DNA of 64,000 nt from Prevotella sp. (GTDB taxonomy: Bacteria > Bacteroidota > Bacteroidia > Bacteroidales > Bacteroidaceae), in NCBI GenBank assembly GCA_017965475.1, contig JAGCPV010000041.1:48620-112619 (forward strand), written 5' to 3'. Of this stretch, positions 1-10,900 are shown one piece after another; positions within the stretch are counted from its first letter, which is position 1, and each line of letters opens with the position of its first letter. The notes below the pieces were generated by a model that did no database searches, was not told the origin of the DNA, and saw only the letters and a program-made list of their open reading frames with translations. The position numbers and the translations under genes were made by a program.

Positions 1-347
1 TTCTTGGGATAGATGCATGTGGAACCCAGGAAAAGCAGTTTTTTGACACCATGGGCATAAGCCTCACTGATCACGTTGCACTGGATCTTCATGTTCATCA
101 TGATGAAGTCGGCACGATAAAGGGAGTTGGCCATGATACCACCAACGAATGCAGCAGCCAGCACCACAGCGTCAGGCTGTTCCTCATCGAAAAACTTCTT
201 CACAGCCACCTGATCCGTCAGGTCGAGTTCCTTATGGCTGCGACCTATCAGATTGGTATAGCCCCTCTGAAGGAGGTTATTCCAGATCGCAGAGCCAACC
301 AAGCCATGGTGACCTGCTACATAAATCTTACTTTCTTTACTGAGCAT
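1..347 (-). CDS. fcl: GDP-L-fucose synthase (N-terminal part; runs off the window edge)
   Basis: Manual translation gives [25 protein letters not shown]...[12 protein letters not shown]...[12 protein letters not shown]. It overlaps the gmd stop and is not in the ORF track. Confidence 0.93.
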   Translation of the reverse strand, partial: MLSKESKIYVAGHHGLVGSAIWNNLLQRGYTNLIGRSHKELDLTDQVAVKKFFDEEQPDAVVLAAAFVGGIMANSLYRADFIMMNMKIQCNVISEAYAHGVKKLLFLGSTCIYPK

Positions 348-1428
348 CGTCCATGTGGGCTTTAAGGAAGAGTTTCTTCACGAACTTCATATCGTGACGA
401 ACCATGATCTTCACCAGATCCTCAAATGAGGTCTTCTGTGGATTCCATCCCAACTTGGCCTTGGCCTTGGCGGGATTACCCAGCAACTGATCTACCTCTG
501 CAGGACGGAAGTACTTGGGATCGACCTCAACGAGCGACTTGCCTGTAGCCTTGTCATAACCCTTCTCGTCAACACCGTCACCACGCCATTCCAGTTCGAT
601 GCCAACCTCCTTAAAGGCTAGAGTGGCAAATTCGCGGACCGTGTGGTACTCACCTGTGGCAATTACGAAATCGTCTGGCTCTGGCTGTTGCAGGATGAGC
701 CACATGCACTCGATGTAATCTTTGGCATATCCCCAGTCGCGCAGTGAATTCAGGTTACCCAGATAGAGCTTGTCCTGATAACCCTGGGCAATGCGGGCGG
801 CAGCCAGGGTTATCTTTCGGGTGACAAATGTCTCACCACGGCGCTCACTCTCGTGGTTGAAGAGGATACCGTTACAGCAGAACATGTTGTACGACTCACG
901 ATAGTTCTTCATGATCCAGAAACCATAGAGCTTGGCCACGGCATATGGAGAACGGGGGTAGAATGGGGTGGTCTCAGACTGAGGCACCTCTTGTACTTTA
1001 CCATAGAGTTCGGATGTTGAAGCCTGATAGATACGGCAGCTATCTGCCAGACCACAGATTCGTACGGCTTCCAAAAGGCGGAGTACGCCATTGGCATCGG
1101 TATCTGCAGTGTATTCGGGTACGTCGAAAGAAACCTTCACATGACTCTGAGCAGCCAGGTTATAGATTTCTGTAGGACGGACTTTCGATATCACACGAAT
1201 CAATGAAGACGAATCAGTCATATCTGCCCAATGCAGATTGACGAGACGAGCTTTTTTCATATCGCGCACCCACTCGTCAAGATATAAATGTTCGATACGA
1301 GCGGTGTTGAATGAAGACGAACGACGCATCAGACCATGAACCTCATAGCCTTTCTCGATGAGAAATTCTGCCAGATACGATCCGTCCTGACCTGTGATAC
1401 CAGTAATAAGAGCAACTTTTTTATCCAT
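337..1428 (-). CDS. gmd: GDP-mannose 4,6-dehydratase
   Basis: [35 protein letters not shown] motifs. Confidence 0.97.
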   Translation of the reverse strand: MDKKVALITGITGQDGSYLAEFLIEKGYEVHGLMRRSSSFNTARIEHLYLDEWVRDMKKARLVNLHWADMTDSSSLIRVISKVRPTEIYNLAAQSHVKVSFDVPEYTADTDANGVLRLLEAVRICGLADSCRIYQASTSELYGKVQEVPQSETTPFYPRSPYAVAKLYGFWIMKNYRESYNMFCCNGILFNHESERRGETFVTRKITLAAARIAQGYQDKLYLGNLNSLRDWGYAKDYIECMWLILQQPEPDDFVIATGEYHTVREFATLAFKEVGIELEWRGDGVDEKGYDKATGKSLVEVDPKYFRPAEVDQLLGNPAKAKAKLGWNPQKTSFEDLVKIMVRHDMKFVKKLFLKAHMDDAQ

Positions 1429-1439
1429 ATTGTTTTGAA

Positions 1440-2507
1440 TTAATTATTTCCTGAGAATTGTTTGATACGCTGTTCTTCAGCGAGTTTGCAGATCAGCAGC
1501 GTGTCATTGTTTTCTGCAACGATATAGCCATCAAGTCCTTGGATAACCACTTTCTTCTCTTGCGTGGTGTGGACAATACAGTTGTGGCTTTCGAAAATGC
1601 TAATCTCCTGTCCGATAGTTACATTGCCATAGAGGTCTTTCTTGCTCTGTTCGTGGAGTGAACCCCATGTGCCTAGATCGCTCCAGCCGAAGTCTGCCGG
1701 ACAGACGAAGATCTCCTCAGCCTTCTCCATGATGGCATAGTCAACAGAGATATTCTCGCATTCCGGGAATAGACGGTCGATCTCCTCCTGTTCCTTATCA
1801 GTTCCATATACGGGAAGTAAGGATTCAAAGATCTTGGCCATCGCAGGCTGATAGACGCGGAAAGCATTGACAATCGTATTTACATTCCAAATAAAGATGC
1901 CGGCATTCCAGAAGAAGTTGTTTTTCTTGATATATTCCTGGGCTGTCTCCAGATCAGGTTTCTCACGGAAAGAATCTACTCGGAAGATTTCCTTGTTACG
2001 GAGCGAACTGGTGCTAAGATCTGCCTGGATATAGCCATAACCTGTTTCCGGACGGTTGGGTTTCATGCCCAGTGTGACGATGGCGTCCGTCTCACTTGTG
2101 AAAACCGTACATTCCTTGATGACACGCTGGAATTCAGCCTTGTCTGTGACAATATGATCGCTGGGGGTTACGACAATGTTCGCTTTTGGGTCCTTGGACT
2201 TGATTCGCCAACTCACATAAGCAATACATGGAGCCGTATTACGTCGGCATGGCTCGCACAGGATGTTTTTCGCGGGGATGTTGGGAAGTTGTTCTTGGAC
2301 GATGGAGGCGTATTTCTGGTTGGTGACTACCCAGATGTTCTCAGGTTTAACAAAATCCCCAAACCTATCGACGGTCAGTTGCAGTAAAGTCTTACCAACT
2401 CCGAGGACGTCGATAAACTGTTTCGGGTTCTCCGTCGTGCTCATAGGCCAGAAGCGACTGCCGATGCCGCCTGCCATAATGACCAGATGATTGTTAGTTT
2501 TCGCCAT
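1440..2507 (-). CDS. manC: mannose-1-phosphate guanylyltransferase
   Basis: [33 protein letters not shown] motifs; upstream of gmd-fcl. Confidence 0.93.
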   Translation of the reverse strand: MAKTNNHLVIMAGGIGSRFWPMSTTENPKQFIDVLGVGKTLLQLTVDRFGDFVKPENIWVVTNQKYASIVQEQLPNIPAKNILCEPCRRNTAPCIAYVSWRIKSKDPKANIVVTPSDHIVTDKAEFQRVIKECTVFTSETDAIVTLGMKPNRPETGYGYIQADLSTSSLRNKEIFRVDSFREKPDLETAQEYIKKNNFFWNAGIFIWNVNTIVNAFRVYQPAMAKIFESLLPVYGTDKEQEEIDRLFPECENISVDYAIMEKAEEIFVCPADFGWSDLGTWGSLHEQSKKDLYGNVTIGQEISIFESHNCIVHTTQEKKVVIQGLDGYIVAENNDTLLICKLAEEQRIKQFSGNN

Positions 2508-2606
2508 ATCTACTATTCTTAATAGAACCTATAATAATCTGCAAAGATACGTAATATCTTTGAAAAACAAGAATTTTATAGGAAAAAACTAATAAATATG
2601 TAAGAT

Positions 2607-3254
2607 TTAGTGCCTCTTGGCTTCGTTCTTCTGCTTTTTCTTCATCCAAGCCTTCACACCAAAGTAGATAATGGCAATGGCAATCAGGGCGAAAATGGCT
2701 ATCTTGATGTATTCCGCATACTCACTGATTTTGTCGTTCAACTGATCTTCGGGGACGATGGCATGCAGATACCATCCCAGAGCTGCCAATACGCTGTGCC
2801 ATCCACCAGCGCCGATGGTGGTAAACAACAGGAACTTTCCGTAGTTCATCCGTGCCAGTCCTGCAGGAATGGAGATGAGATGACGGATCACGGGAACAAA
2901 TCTGCCTGTGAGGGTGGCTGCAATACCGTGGTCGTCAAAATATTTCTCACTTCTTTCAACTTTCTCCTGATTCAACAGACACATCTTGCCCCATTTGCTG
3001 TTGGCAAACTTATAGACAACGGGACGACCCACGTAAAGCGCCACGAAATAGTTGATGCTGGCACCGATGTCGGCACCGAGTGTGGCGAAGAGTACTACGA
3101 GGAAGACATTCAGGGAACCGCTGGCAGCATGGTAGGCGGCAGGGGTGACGACAAATTCTGAAGGGACGGGAACCACGGTACTTTCCAGAAGCATCAGGAT
3201 GAAAACCGTCGGATACCAACCTAAGCTGTTTAATATGTTTGTGATAAAGTTCAT
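2607..3254 (-). CDS. DedA family membrane protein
   Basis: ESTVVPVPSE and GRFVPVIRHLISIPAG DedA motifs. Start placed at MNFITN, an ATGA overlap with the upstream stop. Confidence 0.9.
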   Translation of the reverse strand: MNFITNILNSLGWYPTVFILMLLESTVVPVPSEFVVTPAAYHAASGSLNVFLVVLFATLGADIGASINYFVALYVGRPVVYKFANSKWGKMCLLNQEKVERSEKYFDDHGIAATLTGRFVPVIRHLISIPAGLARMNYGKFLLFTTIGAGGWHSVLAALGWYLHAIVPEDQLNDKISEYAEYIKIAIFALIAIAIIYFGVKAWMKKKQKNEAKRH

Positions 3255-4675
3255 TTCTCTGTTTTTATTTGGTTTGACATATATTCGTAGTAGTCCTGAG
3301 GAGCCATGTCTTCTGGGAAATAACAACCAAGTACGGTCTTCGCCTCCTTAGGATTCCTGTCCGTAGCCATTTTTAGATAAGTCAGGAATTCGTCAGTCTT
3401 TTTCATGTCCATACAACATAGTGCCATATAGGAATAACCTTCACTCCAGTTCTTTTCCACATGTCTGAAGAAATTCTTCAGGAGAATATACGATGTTTGA
3501 ATATAACGGTTGTCATATAAGGATACAATGATCCGGAGCATCGCTCTGGGTGAGTTGTCTGAGAGACGGAGTGCTTCCTTGAAGGCCTCCTCCGCTTCCT
3601 CGGGATTCTGGTTTGCCAGAAGGATATGTCCTCTGATGATCTCCATATTGACATGATCACAGTCCATGTCCAGCGTTTTGTCAATATAGTAAAGGGCTGT
3701 CTCTGCCATGTGCATCTCGCTATAGGCGAATGCCAGTTCCTGACAGATCTCCGGGAGGTAGGGAGAGTCGTCGTCCGCCAGATATTCCGCCTGTTCAAGA
3801 GCCTGTTTGGCCTCAGGGAACTTCCCGAGATTGATCAGACAAGTTCCCTGATGCAGGAACCCGAATTCGTCCTCGGTCATGATCTCTGAGTATTTCTTGT
3901 AATAGGTCAGGGCCAACTCATAATCAGCCAGACTATACAGACTATTGGCCTTGGAGAGGATGCTTTCTGCGTCATGCGGGTCGATGGCGATGGCATATTC
4001 ACTGCTGGTGATGGCGGCGTGATAATCTTCGTTCATGAACTGTGCATTGGCCAAGGCGTTCCAGTAGCGGATAGAGTAGGGGTCATGGTCGATGAGTTCG
4101 TTGAAGATACGTTCACTGTCCTTGTATTTCCCCAGTCCAAAGAGTGTACGGGCCATCAGTTCCTTGAAATCATCGGAGTCGTCTCCCTGTGAACGGGCCA
4201 TCCATTCGAAGGCTTTATCATAGGCATTGTAGTCTGAGAAGATGTTGGCTACATCATAGACATAGTCCATCTGTTCGTCAAGCATCACCTCTCTCATCTG
4301 TTCGCGAAAAAAATCGTCGGCTTCTTCCACCTTACCTTCATTGATCAGGATCTCCCCTTGGAGATAGAGCGCTTCCTGCTGATCGACAGCCTGAATATGG
4401 TCAGCATATTCTCGCGCCGTAGCGAAGTCATGCAGGGATAGGGCTTCACGGGCTTTGTAGAGCAGGGGACCGACAGCATCAGGATTATATTCCAGTGCCA
4501 GATTGATGGCACGGTCAGCCTCATCCAGCCTACCATTGTATTGGTAATAGTCAGCAATATCAGCAAGGTCGTCTGCATCCATATAGATAGAGTTTCCTTG
4601 TTGTATGGCCTCCTCGTATTGTCTGAGGATTTGTTGGAATTCCTTGCTGTCGAAGTATGCCTGGTTGTCTGTCAT
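3251..4675 (-). CDS. tetratricopeptide repeat protein
   Basis: Acidic protein with repeated TPR-like helices (A..AL...P, G..L..LG). Confidence 0.85.
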   Translation of the reverse strand: MTDNQAYFDSKEFQQILRQYEEAIQQGNSIYMDADDLADIADYYQYNGRLDEADRAINLALEYNPDAVGPLLYKAREALSLHDFATAREYADHIQAVDQQEALYLQGEILINEGKVEEADDFFREQMREVMLDEQMDYVYDVANIFSDYNAYDKAFEWMARSQGDDSDDFKELMARTLFGLGKYKDSERIFNELIDHDPYSIRYWNALANAQFMNEDYHAAITSSEYAIAIDPHDAESILSKANSLYSLADYELALTYYKKYSEIMTEDEFGFLHQGTCLINLGKFPEAKQALEQAEYLADDDSPYLPEICQELAFAYSEMHMAETALYYIDKTLDMDCDHVNMEIIRGHILLANQNPEEAEEAFKEALRLSDNSPRAMLRIIVSLYDNRYIQTSYILLKNFFRHVEKNWSEGYSYMALCCMDMKKTDEFLTYLKMATDRNPKEAKTVLGCYFPEDMAPQDYYEYMSNQIKTEK

Positions 4676-6439
4676 TTATTTGTTGATCTTCGCCCAATTG
4701 TCCTTGAGTCCAACGGTCTTGTTGAACACGGGTTTCTCAGGCGTGGAGTCTGAGTCTGGCGTGAAATAGCCGATACGCTGGAACTGCAGATAGGTGAGCG
4801 GCTTCATGTCGGCAGCATAGGGTTCGATATAACAATCCTTGATAACACTGAGTGAGTCAGGGTTGATGATCTGTTTCATGGCCGTCACGGCATCACAGTT
4901 CTGCTCCTCACGGATGCGGGCAAGCTCGTCGCGGGGGTTCTCCACTTTCCACAGACGGTCGTAGAGTCGTACCTCGGCCTTGACGGCATGGGCACAACTG
5001 ACCCAGTGGAGGGTCTTACCCTTGATCTTGCGGTTTGAACCAGGCAGACCACTGCGTGACTCTGGGTCATAGGTGCAGTAGATGGTGGTCACATTGCCGT
5101 TCTCGTCCTCATCACAAGGATGATCCTCGTTACACTGAATGATATAGGCGTTCTTCAGACGTACCTCCTTACCAGGGGCCAGACGCATGAATTTCTTCTC
5201 GGCCTCCTTCATGAAGTCATCACGCTCAATCCACAGCTCACGGCTGAACTCGATGATGTGAGTGCCATCAGCCTCGTTCTCAGGATTGTTCACAGCCGTC
5301 AACTGTTCCACCTGTTCTTCGGGGTAGTTGGTGATGACCACCTTCACGGGATCCAATACGGTTGACACACGGATGGCACGACTGTTCAGGTCATCACGAA
5401 CGGCACTCTCCAGGAGGGCCATATCGTTGAGGGCGTCGATCTTCGTATAACCGATCTTGTCGATGAAGTTGACGATACTCTCTGGGCTGTAGCCACGACG
5501 ACGGAAGCCACAGATGGTCGGCATACGGGGATCATCCCAGCCACTCACCAGCTTCTCGTTCACCAGTGCCAGTAGGTTGCGCTTCGACATCAACGTGTAG
5601 TTCAGGTTCAGTTTGTTGAATTCCGTCTGACGGGGACGGTTATCCTCGATGTTGTCCGTCTCACCCTTCCATTCCTTCATCCAGGTGACGAAGAGGTCGT
5701 AGAGGGGACGGTGCTCGACGAACTCGAGTGTACACCATGAATGGGTAACGCCCTCGAGGTAGTCGCTCTGTCCGTGGGTGAAGTCGTACATGGGGTAGGC
5801 ATTCCATTTGTTACCCGTACGGATATGGGGGATGTTCAGCACACGGTAGATCAGCGGATCGCGGAACAGCATGTTCGGATGGGCCATGTCGATCTTGGCA
5901 CGCAGCACGAGGGTGCCCGGCTCACACTTGCCGCTGTTCATATACTCGAAGAGTTTGAGGTTCTCCTCGACGGGACGGTCGCGATAGGGACTGTTCGTAC
6001 CAGGACTGGTGGTCGTACCTTTCTGCTGGGCGATCACCTCTGCACTCTGTTCATCGACATAGGCACGTCCCTGTTGGATGAGCCATACGGCGAAGTCCCA
6101 GAGCTCCTGGAAATAGTCACTGGCATAATAGACGTTGGCCCACTGGAACCCAAGCCACTTGATATCGTTCTCGATGCTCTCAATATATTCTGTATCTTCC
6201 TTAATAGGGTTCGTATCATCGAAGCGGAGGTTACAGGTGCCGTTGTATTTCTTGGCTAAGCCGAAGTCGATGGCGATGGCTTTGGCGTGACCGATATGCA
6301 GGTAGCCATTGGGCTCTGGCGGGAAACGGGTCTGCATCCTACCACCGTTCTTACCTTCTGCCAGGTCATCAATCACCTTCTGTTCGATGAAACTCACCGA
6401 CTTCTTTTCTTCATTCACATTCAAATACTTCTCTTCCAT
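4676..6439 (-). CDS. glnS: glutamine--tRNA ligase
   Basis: TRFPPEPNGYLHIGH, MSKR, QFQRIGYF motifs. Confidence 0.97.
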   Translation of the reverse strand: MEEKYLNVNEEKKSVSFIEQKVIDDLAEGKNGGRMQTRFPPEPNGYLHIGHAKAIAIDFGLAKKYNGTCNLRFDDTNPIKEDTEYIESIENDIKWLGFQWANVYYASDYFQELWDFAVWLIQQGRAYVDEQSAEVIAQQKGTTTSPGTNSPYRDRPVEENLKLFEYMNSGKCEPGTLVLRAKIDMAHPNMLFRDPLIYRVLNIPHIRTGNKWNAYPMYDFTHGQSDYLEGVTHSWCTLEFVEHRPLYDLFVTWMKEWKGETDNIEDNRPRQTEFNKLNLNYTLMSKRNLLALVNEKLVSGWDDPRMPTICGFRRRGYSPESIVNFIDKIGYTKIDALNDMALLESAVRDDLNSRAIRVSTVLDPVKVVITNYPEEQVEQLTAVNNPENEADGTHIIEFSRELWIERDDFMKEAEKKFMRLAPGKEVRLKNAYIIQCNEDHPCDEDENGNVTTIYCTYDPESRSGLPGSNRKIKGKTLHWVSCAHAVKAEVRLYDRLWKVENPRDELARIREEQNCDAVTAMKQIINPDSLSVIKDCYIEPYAADMKPLTYLQFQRIGYFTPDSDSTPEKPVFNKTVGLKDNWAKINK

Positions 6440-6459
6440 ATATCTCTTTTTTACCTTTT

Positions 6460-7485
6460 TTACTTGATTCCTCTCTCGTTGAGGGCTTTTGTATATTTAG
6501 CCGCATTCCTCAGGTGCTCCTGATAGGTGCTGGCGAAGTTGTGCGTGCCAGAGAAATCCTCCTTGGCACACATGTAGAGGTAGTTATGCTCCGCCCTGTT
6601 CAGTACAGCGTCGATGCCTGCCACTGAAGCGATCTTGATGGGACCGGGGGGCAGTCCTACATATTTATAGGTGTTATACGGACTGTCGTAGAACAGCATA
6701 TCGTGATAGATACGTTTCAGGGCGAAGTTCTTCATGGCGAACTTGATGGTGGGATCGGCCTGCAGGGGCATATTGATCTTCAGACGGTTCAGATACATAC
6801 CTGCTATCATGGGCTTCTCGGGATTGTTGGCCGTCTCCTCGTCGATGATACTGGCCACGGTACACACCTCGTTGGGGGTGAGACCAAGGGCCTCGGCCTT
6901 TATTGTCCGTTCTCCCTCCCAGAAACGGTCGTGCTCCTTCTTCATTCGTGCCATCAGGTTCTCCAGTGAGGTGTTCCAATACACCTCGTAGGTATTGGGT
7001 ACAAACAGACAGGCGATGGTCGCTGTGTCGTAACCCTGCTTCGCGCAGAAGTCCTGATCGCTGAGTAGGATGGCGACAACCGTACTGTCGAGCATCAGCT
7101 TACGCGAGAGGGCTCCCGCCAGACGGTCCATTGTACGGCTCTCAGGGATGGTCAGTCTCACTGGCTCCTGATGACCATTCTTCAGATTCCTGAACACGGT
7201 GAATGTATTGGTGCTGGCTGGTATGGCGTATTTACCCGTCTTGAGATGACCAGCATAGTCCATGGTCGATGCCAATGTGCTGAACACCATCATACCCGTA
7301 TTGGTGGCTATCGGTTCCAACTTAACCTTTACGGAATCTACCGTGTCATCATCATCGATATACACATACTGGGTATCCTCACTCTTGGAGAAATCTGCCA
7401 TTTTGATACAGTAGATTCCCACGAGGAAACAAAGCAGACAGAGTGCTGCTGCAACCAGATAGTATTTGGGATTCACCTTTTTCAT
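6460..7485 (-). CDS. mltG: endolytic transglycosylase MltG
   Basis: N-terminal TM segment; ASIIDEET, LQADPT, SPYNTY..GLPPGPI (YceG) motifs. Confidence 0.93.
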   Translation of the reverse strand: MKKVNPKYYLVAAALCLLCFLVGIYCIKMADFSKSEDTQYVYIDDDDTVDSVKVKLEPIATNTGMMVFSTLASTMDYAGHLKTGKYAIPASTNTFTVFRNLKNGHQEPVRLTIPESRTMDRLAGALSRKLMLDSTVVAILLSDQDFCAKQGYDTATIACLFVPNTYEVYWNTSLENLMARMKKEHDRFWEGERTIKAEALGLTPNEVCTVASIIDEETANNPEKPMIAGMYLNRLKINMPLQADPTIKFAMKNFALKRIYHDMLFYDSPYNTYKYVGLPPGPIKIASVAGIDAVLNRAEHNYLYMCAKEDFSGTHNFASTYQEHLRNAAKYTKALNERGIK

Positions 7486-7509
7486 ATGACATGATCTTTA
7501 AATCGTGTG

Positions 7510-7569
7510 CAAAGTTACAACATTTTACGCTCATTTTCTTCGATTACTCGAAAAAAATTCGTATCTTTG
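7510..7569. promoter_or_regulatory. divergent Bacteroidetes sigma-A promoters (mltG / malQ)
   Basis: TAACTTTG on - strand (7510-7517) and TATCTTTG on + strand (7562-7569) match the TAnnTTTG -7 element. Confidence 0.75.
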
Positions 7570-7586
7570 CATCAAATTGCCGAATT

Positions 7587-10235
7587 ATGAAACTCAGATT
7601 TTCCATACAATACGGGACGCAATGGGGCGAAAACCTCCATGTGGTGATCACTTATGTCAGTTCAGACGGTACCCGAAAGCAGTATAACTTGTTGATGACG
7701 ACAGAGGATGGAACACATTGGGTCTTGGAGACGGCGGCCTTGGAATCCCGACAGCATCCGATAGCGACCTTCACCTACTATTATCAGGTTGAAGATGCTG
7801 ACGGACAGGTGCTTAGGAAGGAATGGGCTCAGGTGCCGCGTACCTATCCTTTTGACTCCTCCAAGAGCTATATCCTCTCTGACCTGTGGCGCGATCTTCC
7901 CTTGCAACATTATCTTTATTCCAGTGCCTATCGTGTGACGAACGGTCTGGCTGTTGGTGAAGAGGTACAGGCCCTGCGGATGCCACTTTATCGTAAGACA
8001 ATCCTGTTCCGTGTCTCGGCTCCACAATTATCCAAGGGACAGTCGGTGGCCCTCTTAGGCAGTCATCCTACATTGGGTGGCTGGAATCCCACCAGATATC
8101 TGCGGATGGAGTATCTTGGACAGAGTGAGTGGATGTTGTCTGTGAATGTCGATTCCATCCTGTTGCCGCTGGAGTATAAGTTTGTCATCGTGGATGACCA
8201 GACGAATACCCTTTTGACATGGGAGGAAGGTGATAACCGTGTCGTCGAGGGACATGACGACCTGTCATCCCCAGATGCCCAGCTGCGTGATGGTTCTGTG
8301 TTGGTGCTCTATGGCGAAAGTCTGCGTGTGAAGGAACATACCTGGCGGGCGGCTGGTGTCGTAGTACCTGTTTTCTCCCTGTGGAGTGAACATTCCTATG
8401 GTGTGGGGGATTTCGGAGATCTTCGCCGACTGATTGATTGGGCCGTAGCGACGGGAATGAAGGTGATCCAACTGCTGCCCGTCAATGATACAACGACGGA
8501 TGGCGGCTGGCACGATTCTTATCCCTATAACATCGTCTCTGCCTTTGCCCTCCATCCTCATTATCTGGATCTGGAGGAGTTGGGTCGTCTGAAGAGTAAG
8601 GCGAAGATGACGGCTTATCATCGCCAGCGCCAGGAGCTTAACGCTCTTGGTTATAGTGATTATGAGGCGGTTGGCCGCGTGAAGAAAGCCTATCTTCAGG
8701 AACTCTTCGAAGAGCGTGGTCAGCAGACCCTCGAATCCAAAGAGTATAAGCAGTGGTTCTCAGAGAATAAGAATTGGCTGGAGCCCTATGCAAAATGGAT
8801 TGCTAGCCACTCTAGTAAATCTAGTGATGCTGGCAATTCTAGCCAGGCTAGAATCTACTATCTCCAATATCATCTCCACCGTCAACTGAAGGCGGCAGCC
8901 GACTATGCCCGTTCCAAGGGTCTCATCCTGAAGGGCGACGTACCCATTGGCGTGAATCGCGAGAGTGTAGAGACTGCCACTCATCCCGAGTTCTTCAACC
9001 TCGACAGTTCTACGGGTGCACCACCTGATAACTTCTCTCAAAATGGTCAGAACTGGGGCTTTCCCACCTATCGCTGGAGCGAAGGCATGCAAGAGTGGCT
9101 CCGTCGTCGTCTCCGTTGGATGGAGCAGTATTTCGATGCCGTACGCATCGACCATGTGCTGGGATTCTTTAGGGTGTGGGAGATACCCCAAGATGCTGTC
9201 TTCGGACTCTTGGGCCATTTCTCACCAGCCCTGCCGCTGACCGTTAGTGAGATCGAGTACTTCGGATTGCCTTTCCGTCGCGATCTTCTCACCCGTCCGT
9301 TTATCAACGACCGTGTGCTCGATCGTCTTTTCGGCATTCACGCTCAGTATGTCCGTGAGAACTTCCTCATCCCCCGAGCTTATGGTCTATATGATCTCAA
9401 GGCGGAGTACGACACCCAGCGGAAGGTACAGAACCATTTCGAGGGTCGTGGTGATGAGAACAGTCTGTGGATTCGTGATGGTCTCTATCGTCTGATCAGT
9501 GGTGTCCTCTTCGTGGAGGATCCCCACCAGCCGGATATGTATCATCCCCGTATTGGTGCTTATCAGGAGCCTGTCTTTGAGGCCTTGAGCGGAGAGGAGA
9601 AGGATGCCTATATGCGGCTCTATAACAATTTCTTCTACCAGCGTCATAACTTCTTCTGGGGACAGAATGCTGTCCATCGTCTCTCCGAGACACTCTGTCA
9701 TACGCGGATGCTCTGTTGTGCTGAAGACCTGGGGATGCTGCCAGACTGTGTACATCCTGTGTTGGATCAGCTCCGTATCCTGACGCTGGAGATCCAGTCG
9801 ATGCCGAAGCATACGGGTTATGAGTTCGCCCATCTCGATGGTAATCCCTATCGGAGTGTTGCCACCTTCTCAACGCACGACATGTCACCTTTGCGTCTGT
9901 GGTGGGAGGAGAGTCCTGAGCGTACCCAGCGCTATTATGTCTCCATGCTCCAGAAACAGGGTAGGGCGCCTGAGCACCTGCCTGCCCATGTGGCTGAGGA
10001 GATCATCGCCCGTCATCTCTATTGTCCCTCGATGCTTTGTCTCCTCTCTCTTCAGGACTGGTTGGCGATGGACAGTGAACTGCGTTCCAAGAACCTGCGC
10101 GAGGAGCGTATCAACGTGCCCAGCGATCCTTATAACCGTTGGAAGTATCGTATGCATCTCAACATCGAGGATCTGTTGGCTGCCTCTAAGTATAATAATA
10201 AGGTACGCACGATGATCACACGATCGAAGAGGTAG
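7587..10235 (+). CDS. malQ: 4-alpha-glucanotransferase (GH77) with two N-terminal CBM20 domains
   Basis: MKLRFSIQYGTQWGE CBM20; LLPVNDT, KGDVPIGV, RIDHVLGFFR, AEDLG motifs. Start moved to the ATG downstream of the promoter. Confidence 0.93.
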   Translation: MKLRFSIQYGTQWGENLHVVITYVSSDGTRKQYNLLMTTEDGTHWVLETAALESRQHPIATFTYYYQVEDADGQVLRKEWAQVPRTYPFDSSKSYILSDLWRDLPLQHYLYSSAYRVTNGLAVGEEVQALRMPLYRKTILFRVSAPQLSKGQSVALLGSHPTLGGWNPTRYLRMEYLGQSEWMLSVNVDSILLPLEYKFVIVDDQTNTLLTWEEGDNRVVEGHDDLSSPDAQLRDGSVLVLYGESLRVKEHTWRAAGVVVPVFSLWSEHSYGVGDFGDLRRLIDWAVATGMKVIQLLPVNDTTTDGGWHDSYPYNIVSAFALHPHYLDLEELGRLKSKAKMTAYHRQRQELNALGYSDYEAVGRVKKAYLQELFEERGQQTLESKEYKQWFSENKNWLEPYAKWIASHSSKSSDAGNSSQARIYYLQYHLHRQLKAAADYARSKGLILKGDVPIGVNRESVETATHPEFFNLDSSTGAPPDNFSQNGQNWGFPTYRWSEGMQEWLRRRLRWMEQYFDAVRIDHVLGFFRVWEIPQDAVFGLLGHFSPALPLTVSEIEYFGLPFRRDLLTRPFINDRVLDRLFGIHAQYVRENFLIPRAYGLYDLKAEYDTQRKVQNHFEGRGDENSLWIRDGLYRLISGVLFVEDPHQPDMYHPRIGAYQEPVFEALSGEEKDAYMRLYNNFFYQRHNFFWGQNAVHRLSETLCHTRMLCCAEDLGMLPDCVHPVLDQLRILTLEIQSMPKHTGYEFAHLDGNPYRSVATFSTHDMSPLRLWWEESPERTQRYYVSMLQKQGRAPEHLPAHVAEEIIARHLYCPSMLCLLSLQDWLAMDSELRSKNLREERINVPSDPYNRWKYRMHLNIEDLLAASKYNNKVRTMITRSKR
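8803..8851. repeat. 9-bp-period CTAG tandem repeat, in-frame in malQ
   Basis: CTAG/CTGG at 8803, 8812, 8821, 8830, 8839, 8848. Confidence 0.85.
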
Positions 10236-10255
10236 TTGGTTGATAGTCGATAGTT

Positions 10256-10900
10256 ATGATTACCTATAGCACTTATATCTTCGATCTCGATGGGACACTG
10301 CTCGATACGTTGGGTGATCTGGCGGCATCGGTGAACTATGCCCTGCGGACACACGGGATGCCAGAACATTCGAAAGACGATGTGCGACGATTCGTGGGGA
10401 ATGGGGTTCGGAAACTGATGGAACGTGCGATCCCGCAGGGAACGGATAATCCTTTATTCGATGAGACGTTCGCCACCTTCCGCCAGTATTATATGGAACA
10501 TTCGTTGGATACTACGAAACCTTATGAGGGCATTCCTAAGACCTTGACAGAACTCAAACGACGCGGTTGCCGTCTGGCTGTGGTGAGCAATAAGATGATG
10601 GCTGCCACACAGGAGTTGATTCGTCATTTCTTCCCAGACACCATCGAGGTTGCCATTGGCGAGAACGAAGCAGCAGGCATCCACAAGAAACCGGCTCCTG
10701 ATACCGTCTTTGCAGCCCTTCGGCAGCTTGGAGTAGGGCAGAAAGGCACCGTCTATGTGGGCGATAGCGATGTGGATATAGAAACAGCCCGCAATAGCGG
10801 GCTGCCCTGTATCTCAGTACTTTGGGGGTTTCGCGATCGAGACTTCCTGCTCAATCACGGCGCCACGATGCTCATCTCCACCCCGTCAGAGTTGCTGTAA
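10256..10900 (+). CDS. HAD family hydrolase (phosphoglycolate phosphatase-like)
   Basis: FDLDGTLLD, VVSNK, KPAP, VGDSDVD motifs. Confidence 0.9.
   Translation: MITYSTYIFDLDGTLLDTLGDLAASVNYALRTHGMPEHSKDDVRRFVGNGVRKLMERAIPQGTDNPLFDETFATFRQYYMEHSLDTTKPYEGIPKTLTELKRRGCRLAVVSNKMMAATQELIRHFFPDTIEVAIGENEAAGIHKKPAPDTVFAALRQLGVGQKGTVYVGDSDVDIETARNSGLPCISVLWGFRDRDFLLNHGATMLISTPSELL

Noticed and set aside
7443-7586. N-terminal extensions in the ORF track (malQ, DedA, menA, HD protein, uxuB, GH10-like, PqqD, TPR)
   Set aside because: They run through promoters or neighbouring genes. Downstream starts fit the motifs and translational coupling.
8249-8273. Small hairpin GGGACATGAC..GTCATCCC in the malQ linker
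   Set aside because: It is short and imperfect and could arise by chance.
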